A DNA stretch of 64,000 bases, taken from NCBI GenBank assembly GCA_017650365.1, contig JAGCEZ010000084.1, positions 38,202 through 102,201 on the forward strand. The letters are read 5' to 3'. The stretch is from Fibrobacterales bacterium (GTDB lineage Bacteria; Fibrobacterota; Fibrobacteria; Fibrobacterales; CADBQJ01). The notes below the pieces were generated by a model. It did not search any database. It had not been told where the DNA came from and saw only the letters and a list, made by a program, of their open reading frames with translations. Positions 57,834 through 64,000 of the stretch are shown here, piece by piece. Within the stretch, counting starts at the first letter, position 1. Each line of letters begins with the position of its first letter. Both the position numbers and the translations under genes were made by a program.

Positions 57834-58574
57834 CTAATCCTTCACGCAACGGACGGAAGCGCCGTATTGCACATTTTCGGGGGAGCAGCAATCGGCCCAT
57901 CCAATGTTCCCTTGTAACAAATCGATGCCAAATGTCTCTGCTTGTGGTCCAATCATTCTAGCCCATTTTTGAATTTGAGGGTCATCCGGCACCCATTCTT
58001 CGGTGGCAGACCACCACACCGTGTACCCGCCAAGGTATGCGAATTTGCCGCCATCCCAATCGACGTGAATGCCGCCAGGAAGCGCGTTGAACCCAAAAGA
58101 ATTCTCCCCTACATAATTTTCCCAGCCATCTTTCGATGCCAGCGCCGTTGCCTCTGCCTCGTGATCTTCTTCCCAAATCTTGCAGCTGCCGTCCAAATAC
58201 TTCTCTTTGCACTCCTGCTTGGGCAAAGATTGCCGCACGAATTTCTCAAGCGCCATCCATTCTTCGGCCGTGGGTAGATGCCAGCCTTCGGGACAGCTCT
58301 CCTTCGCGACCTTCCAAATGTAAAGGCCGCCGTACTTTTCGCAATTCGCCAGCGAATCGCCGTAGCACCACTTTTCGCCAAGAGAGAGTTCCGACTTGCT
58401 CTCCAGGGGCTTGCCATAGTTCAAGTTCTGCGCCATCCAGACCTGGTCGCCAATCTTAACGGTCTTGTAGACTTGCCCGTCCCGCGGGTCCTTGAACGAG
58501 CCATCGCCGGAGTCATCGGAGCAACCAAGCGCCGCAACGACACAAAGCGCAATCAGCAGCAATTTCCCGTTCAT
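57834..58574 (-). CDS. FISUMP (Fibrobacter succinogenes major paralogous) domain lipoprotein
   Basis: Lipobox AALGC; FKDPRDGQVYKTVKIGDQVWMAQNLNY, GGLY.W, CPEGWHLPT, GFNALPGG, SVRCVKD. Confidence 0.9.
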   Translation of the reverse strand: MNGKLLLIALCVVAALGCSDDSGDGSFKDPRDGQVYKTVKIGDQVWMAQNLNYGKPLESKSELSLGEKWCYGDSLANCEKYGGLYIWKVAKESCPEGWHLPTAEEWMALEKFVRQSLPKQECKEKYLDGSCKIWEEDHEAEATALASKDGWENYVGENSFGFNALPGGIHVDWDGGKFAYLGGYTVWWSATEEWVPDDPQIQKWARMIGPQAETFGIDLLQGNIGWADCCSPENVQYGASVRCVKD

Positions 58575-59326
58575 TTCTTTTCCTTCTGTTCCTTCACGCA
58601 ACGGACGGAAGCTCCTATGCCTTTGAGCGCCAGCCAATATTCAAGTTTCCCGCTCTTGCGAAGTAGTACTCGGACATTTACGCTATCGCCACCAGCGCGG
58701 CTAGAAGTCCACCACATCCCGTGGCTGCCTTTTCCTAAAAACTCGACCTGGGTCCCAGCCACCCCTCTTATGCCTCCAGGAAGAAACCCGTATGCATTCT
58801 CCGATACAAATCCACCCCAAGCCTCGGTCTTCATCATTGTGCCCACTACGTCGAAGAACTCTTCCGTTCCTTCGAACGATGTCCAGCGGCGTCCATGGCA
58901 GAACATTCTTTCAATGGCAGCACTGTCGCCAAAAGACGAAGGCATTCCCGGACCACAGAGCGCTGTAACGCCCATCAAATACTCTTGTTCTAGATTGTTC
59001 CAATCTTTTTCAGTCGGCAGGCGCCATCCATCAGGACAACTTTGTTTGGCGGCCTCCCATGTATAGAGCCCTCCATATTTGCGGCAATTTTTCAGATCGT
59101 CATCATAACAGTATTTCTGCCCTCTCCCCAATTTAAGGCGCTCTCCCTCCACCGGCGTTCCATAGTTCAAGTTTTGTTCCATCCAAACGAGGTTTGAGAA
59201 AGGATGGAGAGTTGAGATGCTGTAAATCTGGCCATCGCGGGAATCCTTGAGTGTTTCAGGACCATCTTGGGCCAAGACAGCCGTAGCGATGACCATAAGC
59301 GCAATCAGTGCGAGTTTCTTGTTCAT
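58571..59326 (-). CDS. FISUMP domain secreted protein
   Basis: Signal peptide; LKDSRDGQIY, WMEQNLNY, GGLYTWEAAKQSCPDGWRLPT, SVRCVKE. Confidence 0.9.
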   Translation of the reverse strand: MNKKLALIALMVIATAVLAQDGPETLKDSRDGQIYSISTLHPFSNLVWMEQNLNYGTPVEGERLKLGRGQKYCYDDDLKNCRKYGGLYTWEAAKQSCPDGWRLPTEKDWNNLEQEYLMGVTALCGPGMPSSFGDSAAIERMFCHGRRWTSFEGTEEFFDVVGTMMKTEAWGGFVSENAYGFLPGGIRGVAGTQVEFLGKGSHGMWWTSSRAGGDSVNVRVLLRKSGKLEYWLALKGIGASVRCVKEQKEKK

Positions 59327-59343
59327 CTTTTTCCCCTTCGGTC

Positions 59344-59679
59344 TCAATATCCCGAGTAGCGGCAATCGTAACGGCCCTTGACGTAGGCGTTATAGAAACG
59401 CCCCTTCGAAGACGCCTGGAGCCACGAACTGAAGACCCGTTCCGGGACGCCGCAGTAGTGATAATAGGTGCCGTTCAACGAAACCAGCAGATACCGCGCA
59501 TCGTCCTGGTAGCAGATACGGTCCACGAACGAACTGCTAACCCAAGAGCATCGGAACTCGTCCAAATCAACGACGCCGCGATACTTCACATAGACCGATT
59601 CCGCGCGCGCAAGAACCGGCAGAAGCGCCAGGCCAAGCACAATGAAGGGCAAGAACTTGCGATTGCGTTTCAGAGACAT
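59344..59679 (-). CDS. KTSC-domain protein with N-terminal signal peptide
   Basis: SSFVDRICY...LLVSLNGTYYHYCGVPERVFSSWLQASSKGRFYNAYVKGRY. Confidence 0.8.
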   Translation of the reverse strand: MSLKRNRKFLPFIVLGLALLPVLARAESVYVKYRGVVDLDEFRCSWVSSSFVDRICYQDDARYLLVSLNGTYYHYCGVPERVFSSWLQASSKGRFYNAYVKGRYDCRYSGY

Positions 59680-59682
59680 GGT

Positions 59683-60300
59683 TTAGAACTTTCGATCATT
59701 CTCAGTGAGGCATATTCCTTCAAAGGAATATGTTTCAACATCCCAATCTTCTTGGATTTTCATTTCTCCAGTATAACGATTGAGCCGCAACCGCGCCTTA
59801 TTGTGGTCAGGGCCGCCATTCCACGCATGAAACAAAATCGAATTCACAGAAGAATTGCGATCTTCCCAATGATACTCCGGTTTGAGCGTAACATGATCCC
59901 ATCGATCCAGGTCTTCCCTTTGCTTAACCGTCTCTAGGTGCAATTTGCTTGCATTAAAAGCCCGAATATCAGCACGAATTGACGTGGCCTTTTTTTGCTG
60001 AACAACGACAAGAAACGATTTTGCGCCCCCGTCTTGGGAATGACCTTGGCAATACAAATGCGTGACGGGGTGCTCTTCGAGCAGATCTATAAGGATGGGC
60101 AAAAGAAAGTAGGCAGTAATTCCTGCTACAGCAATACCGAAAATAATGGGCAATCCAAGACCAATAGTCTTCAACACCGAGACGACCGGCATACACACAC
60201 GACGGTCATTGCCGGTCGGCGCTACAGCGGCGGAAGTACGACGCATTCTCGCTCTGCGAAAATCCGGCGTTGCACGCTCTTTTTCCCGCTCTTGATCCAT
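59683..60300 (-). CDS. Hypothetical single-pass membrane protein
   Basis: Strong SD (GGAGGGGAGAG) before the ATG at 60300; one TM segment (LGLPIIFGIAVAGITAYFLLPILI). Confidence 0.65.
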   Translation of the reverse strand: MDQEREKERATPDFRRARMRRTSAAVAPTGNDRRVCMPVVSVLKTIGLGLPIIFGIAVAGITAYFLLPILIDLLEEHPVTHLYCQGHSQDGGAKSFLVVVQQKKATSIRADIRAFNASKLHLETVKQREDLDRWDHVTLKPEYHWEDRNSSVNSILFHAWNGGPDHNKARLRLNRYTGEMKIQEDWDVETYSFEGICLTENDRKF

Positions 60301-60311
60301 CTCTCCCCTCC

Positions 60312-60389
60312 CTAGAACTTCAGTTTCGGCAGCGACTTGACGATTTGGGCGTACCCCGAAAATTCAGCTTTCTTTTTCGCCTTCTTCAT
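60312..60389 (-). CDS. Small basic 25-aa ORF MKKAKKKAEFSGYAQIVKSLPKLKF
   Basis: SD GGAGGT 8-9 nt upstream of the ATG; the stop is followed directly by the next gene's SD. Confidence 0.45.
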   Translation of the reverse strand: MKKAKKKAEFSGYAQIVKSLPKLKF

Positions 60390-60430
60390 CGCAATCTAAC
60401 CTCCGTCCCAGAAATATATACCGAGCAAAG

Positions 60431-60458
60431 CAGGAACCCATCGACAGGAACCCATCGA
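60431..60458. repeat. Perfect 14-bp tandem repeat in the divergent intergenic region
   Basis: CAGGAACCCATCGA x2. Confidence 0.7.
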
Positions 60459-60700
60459 ACTCGCCGCAGGCTGTTAATTCGCCCATAGACCCGCCTGCTG
60501 GAGGCAAAGGACCTCGCAGCCAACCAGCCGAAGGGCTCTTACGAGGAATTGCGCCTCAAAGTGCCCATTTTCGTCGATTTTGCGCAAAAATGCCGTAGAA
60601 ATGGCACATAAACGGACGGCCGCAATAGTTAGATTGGCTGAAGAGGTCTATCCCCGAGATACGACCGATTGTGGATTATTGCCTGGCATCTGGGAGAAGG

Positions 60701-62314
60701 ATGATGGCGAGGAAAAAAGCCGCAGAAGAAACGATCAATTTGGACGCGATTCTCTTCAAGTGCCGCGACATCTTGCGCCAGGCGCGCAATTCGGGTTCGT
60801 TCTTCGAAAAGCGCGACATGATGCTTACACTCGTCTTTCTGCGTTTCATCGGGGAAAAGTACGAGAACGGCGTCGAGAACCTCCGCAAGGACCTCATTGC
60901 GCAGGGGCTCGACCCGAACGACGAACAGATTGTCTCCGCATTCTTCGACGACGCCACGTTTACCGACGGCACGTACAATCTGCCGCCCGAAGCGCGCTGG
61001 GAGACAATCATCAACACGCCGGCTCCTCGCTTGAACGCCGCGCTTGACATGGCGCTGCACAGCATCGCGGCGAGCAACAAACAGCTCAAGGGCTGTTTTA
61101 TCGAGGGAACTTTCACTCAACGCAACCTTGCGCCAAACGACATCAAGAAGCTCGTCGACGAAATCAACAAAATCAGCTACCGGGCTTTCGGCGAGGAAAG
61201 GGACCTGATTGGCCGGGTCTACGAGTATTTCCTCAAGGAGTTCGCCGTCAACGCGACCAAGGAAGAGGGAGAATTCTACACACCGCATGATGTGGTTCAG
61301 CTGATTGCGGCGATAATCGAACCTTTCGACGGCACGCTCTACGACCCTTGCTGCGGCTCGGGCGGCATGTTCATCCAGAGCGCCGACCTGGTGAAGTCAA
61401 AGCAGGGCGACATCAGCAGGATTAACGTCTACGGTCAGGAGAAAGACGCAATGACCTGGCGTCTGGCGAAGATGAATCTTGCCCTGCGCGGCATCAGTCA
61501 TCACCTTGGCGAGACATATGATTCGACGTTTGTCAATGACCAGCACAAGGGAGTTTACTTCGACTACATCATGGCGAATCCGCCGTTCAACCTGAAGGGC
61601 TGGTACAACGAGAACCTGCGCCATGACGCGCGGTGGGCCGACTACGGAACGCCGCCGGAAAGCAATGCCAACTACGCCTGGATTCTCCACATGCTTTCGC
61701 ATCTGAAGCCGACGAGCGGCGTGGCGGCTTTCCTGCTTGGCAATGGCGCTCTTGATGATGAAGACGCCGTTGCCATCCGAAAGAAGCTGATACAGAACGA
61801 CAAAGTGGAAGCAATTATCATCCTGCCGCGCGAACTGTTCATCACGACGGATACCGGCGCGACAATCTGGATTTTGAACCAGAACAAAAAAGGTGGCAAA
61901 GACCATGGCAGAGAACTACGCGATCGCAAGCATGAAATACTCTTCGTGGATTTGCGCACCTGGACTGAAAATCCAATCAAAAAAGAAGGCAACAGCAAGA
62001 AGAGATTTCAGCTGATCACTGAACAAATCGAACGAGTCGCTGCCATCTACCACAAGTGGCAAGCGAAAGGCACGAATGGCGCAGATTACGCCGTGCCGGA
62101 ACTCTACCGCAGCGTCAACATCTCCGAAATCGAAGAAAACGGCTGGAGCCTCGTCCCCAGCAAGTATATCGAATTCATCGACCACGACCTGGAAATCGAC
62201 TTCCCTGCGGAAATGAAACGAATCCGCAAGGAGATGCAGGAAGTCCTGAAACAGGAAAAGAAGTCGCAGAAGATGCTCGAAGACGCCTTCAAGGGTATCG
62301 GTTATGGAATATAG
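60701..62314 (+). CDS. hsdM: Type I restriction-modification methyltransferase subunit
   Basis: HsdM N-terminal domain, GEFYTP, YDPCCGSGGMF, YGQE, NPPFN catalytic motif. Confidence 0.95.
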   Translation: MMARKKAAEETINLDAILFKCRDILRQARNSGSFFEKRDMMLTLVFLRFIGEKYENGVENLRKDLIAQGLDPNDEQIVSAFFDDATFTDGTYNLPPEARWETIINTPAPRLNAALDMALHSIAASNKQLKGCFIEGTFTQRNLAPNDIKKLVDEINKISYRAFGEERDLIGRVYEYFLKEFAVNATKEEGEFYTPHDVVQLIAAIIEPFDGTLYDPCCGSGGMFIQSADLVKSKQGDISRINVYGQEKDAMTWRLAKMNLALRGISHHLGETYDSTFVNDQHKGVYFDYIMANPPFNLKGWYNENLRHDARWADYGTPPESNANYAWILHMLSHLKPTSGVAAFLLGNGALDDEDAVAIRKKLIQNDKVEAIIILPRELFITTDTGATIWILNQNKKGGKDHGRELRDRKHEILFVDLRTWTENPIKKEGNSKKRFQLITEQIERVAAIYHKWQAKGTNGADYAVPELYRSVNISEIEENGWSLVPSKYIEFIDHDLEIDFPAEMKRIRKEMQEVLKQEKKSQKMLEDAFKGIGYGI

Positions 62315-63428
62315 GCTTGGCGAACTCATCCATCATGAAGATGAGCGCAATGAACGCGGCGCGTTTTCGTTAAGCGATGTCCGAGGCATATCCATCAAGA
62401 AAGAATTCATAGAGACGAAAGCGGATATGGAGGGCGTCTCATTGCGTCCGTATATTCTTGTTCGCCCCGATAATTTCGCCTATGTCACCGTCACTTCGCG
62501 AAATGGCGAGAAAATAACGATTGCGCACAATGACACGCAAAACACCTACATCGTGTCCTCGTCTTATGAGGTATTCAGCGTCGCACGAAATGATTTGCTA
62601 AACCCATGGTATCTCTTCATGTATTTCAACAGGCCGGAATTCGACCGGTATGCGAGATTCCATTCGTTTGGCTCTGCCAGAGAAACATTCGACTGGCAAG
62701 ACATGTGCGACATTGATATCGAACTTCCTCCGCTTTCGGTCCAGCAGAAATATGTCGACATTTATTTGGGCTTGGTTGCCAACCAGAAGAGCTATGAGCG
62801 AGGGCTGGAGGACTTGAAGTTCGTCTGCGACGGATATATCGAAGATCTGCGCCGCAAAATGCCGTGCGAGAAGATTGGGCCATATATTGAGCCCAAAGAA
62901 GAGCGAAATTCAGATCTCAGAATCAAACTTGCTCAAGGCATCACCAACGAGAAACGATTTGATGCGCCCAAGCAGGTCGCTGAAGCGGCCGAAAATGCGA
63001 AGATTGTTCGCACAGGACAATTCGCTTACAATCAAGCGACAACAAGGAATGGTGAAAAAATTTCCATCGCATTCCGTGACGGAGAAGATTGTGTTGTCTC
63101 TTCCGCTTACCAAGTGTTTGAAATCAAGGACAAGAAAAGACTTCTGCCCGAGTATTTGATGATGTGGTATAAGCGCCCGGAATTTGACCGCTATGTGCGA
63201 TACATGTCAAAAGGTAGCGCGCATGAATTTTTCAAATACTCGGATATGGAAAACGTCAGCATCCCGATCCCGGGGATTGGTGTACAGAGAGCTATTGCTG
63301 ACATCTATAACGCCTGCACGGTTCGCGAGCGCATCAACAAACAGCTCAAGGCGCAAATCAAGGACGTTTGCCCGGTTTTGATTAAAGGCTCGTTGGAGGA
63401 AGGCGGCAATCCGGAATGCGTTCAATGA
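62304..63428 (+). CDS. hsdS: Type I restriction-modification specificity subunit
   Basis: Two homologous TRD halves (RNGEKI..A, VSS.Y.VF, RPEFDRY.R...GS) each followed by LPP/IP..VQ helices; overlaps the hsdM end. Confidence 0.92.
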   Translation: MEYRLGELIHHEDERNERGAFSLSDVRGISIKKEFIETKADMEGVSLRPYILVRPDNFAYVTVTSRNGEKITIAHNDTQNTYIVSSSYEVFSVARNDLLNPWYLFMYFNRPEFDRYARFHSFGSARETFDWQDMCDIDIELPPLSVQQKYVDIYLGLVANQKSYERGLEDLKFVCDGYIEDLRRKMPCEKIGPYIEPKEERNSDLRIKLAQGITNEKRFDAPKQVAEAAENAKIVRTGQFAYNQATTRNGEKISIAFRDGEDCVVSSAYQVFEIKDKKRLLPEYLMMWYKRPEFDRYVRYMSKGSAHEFFKYSDMENVSIPIPGIGVQRAIADIYNACTVRERINKQLKAQIKDVCPVLIKGSLEEGGNPECVQ

Positions 63429-64000
63429 AGTCATATAGCCATTTCATGAATAAGATAAGCTCAGAGGATATTTTCGAAGGGCTGTTAGGACATGGTCTGT
63501 TTTCAGAGAAACTGCCACCGATTTTTTCCTCAGAATCTTTCTACAAATATTGTCGCGAAAATCCAAAGGCCTTTCCCGAAGACCGTGCGTGTCCATATGT
63601 TTTCTACGAAAGCATGCGTAATACAAATGTTCCCCGCCAATTAGGCATCCCGAACCCAATGGCATACCAACAGCTATGCCGCTGCATCTCGGCAAATTGG
63701 AGCAAAATACAGAACCACTTCGAAAAAGCAACTTGCAATGACACACATATTGTTAGTCGCATTCATCTGCGGAAAATGAACAACACAAAAATTCTGTACC
63801 GAATGAACTATGACAACTGGAAGACCGACGGCAATCCTATTCAGGATTTGCTTATAGGGCATAGATATGTGGTTCATGCCGATATTGCGACATGCTTTCC
63901 CAGCATATACACCCACACCATTCCATGGGCTCTAGTTGGAAAGGAAACGGCGAAGAAAAACACGCATTGCCGCGGGAAAAACAAAACGTGGTATAACGAA
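63425..64000 (+). CDS. Reverse transcriptase of the Abi/UG (defence-associated) class, N-terminal 192 aa (runs off window)
   Basis: Manual translation from the ATG overlapping the hsdS stop: MKSYSHFMNK...GLFSEKLPPIF...PRQLGIPNPMAY...SRIHLRK...YVVHADIATCFPSIYTHTIPWALVGK. No stop to the window end. Confidence 0.85.
   Translation, partial: MKSYSHFMNKISSEDIFEGLLGHGLFSEKLPPIFSSESFYKYCRENPKAFPEDRACPYVFYESMRNTNVPRQLGIPNPMAYQQLCRCISANWSKIQNHFEKATCNDTHIVSRIHLRKMNNTKILYRMNYDNWKTDGNPIQDLLIGHRYVVHADIATCFPSIYTHTIPWALVGKETAKKNTHCRGKNKTWYNE

Larger units (their letters stand above)
55475..64000. other. AT-richer genomic/defence island extending beyond the window
   Basis: Abrupt visible compositional shift after 55474; contains nuclease, DUF5131/TcmP, type I RM and RT genes. 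Confidence 0.75.

Noticed and set aside
55513-60389. Integron cassette array
   Set aside because: The intergenic gaps (3-45 nt or overlaps) are too short for attC sites. No RYYYAAC...GTTRRRY pairs and no integrase were seen.
60486-60611. Short + strand open stretch before hsdM
   Set aside because: It has no start codon with an SD and no recognisable similarity, so it cannot be supported as a gene or remnant.
63300-63430. Retron msr-msd upstream of the RT
   Set aside because: The RT start overlaps the hsdS stop, so there is no non-coding space, and no flanking inverted repeats were seen.
57834-64000. Diversity-generating retroelement (FISUMP targets plus a nearby RT)
   Set aside because: The two FISUMP 3' regions differ at all base types rather than only at adenines. 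No template repeat is visible, and the RT motif (SIYTH..W) is Abi/UG-type, not DGR-type.

Overview
A 64-kb window from a very GC-rich bacterium. FISUMP-domain genes, a CBM3 module, a Bacteroidota/Spirochaete-type E-C-A-B-D-I-K V-ATPase operon and secreted proteins with C-terminal sorting-like tails are consistent with a Fibrobacterota-like anaerobe (inference). Most of the window is housekeeping: topB (partial), pyrF, lysA, rpe, malic enzyme, tRNA-Val, V-ATPase, ychF, rlmI, ackA-pta, asnS, hrpB, rnr, plsC and nadA. It also holds a polyprenyl-phospho-arabinose-type (UbiA-DprE1-DprE2-GT-C) cluster. Three accessory segments stand out. (1) About 2040-6263: an AT-richer two-gene cassette bracketed by near-identical 28-bp hairpin repeats. 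It encodes a secreted 1032-aa protein with the animal CLCA metalloprotease architecture plus a C-terminal CBM3, and has a poly(T) tract in its putative promoter spacer. (2) About 50244-50776: a decayed insertion bracketed by a duplicated 3' end of rnr. (3) About 55300 to the window end: a defence-island-like region. It contains an AbiE antitoxin whose toxin is internally deleted, a TcmP + DUF5131 + PD-(D/E)XK nuclease trio, and type I RM hsdM-hsdS. An Abi/UG-class reverse transcriptase, absent from the ORF track, is translationally coupled to hsdS and runs off the window edge. No CRISPR array, rRNA or integrase was seen. Family assignments come from motif recognition only; no searches were run, and GC differences were judged by eye.
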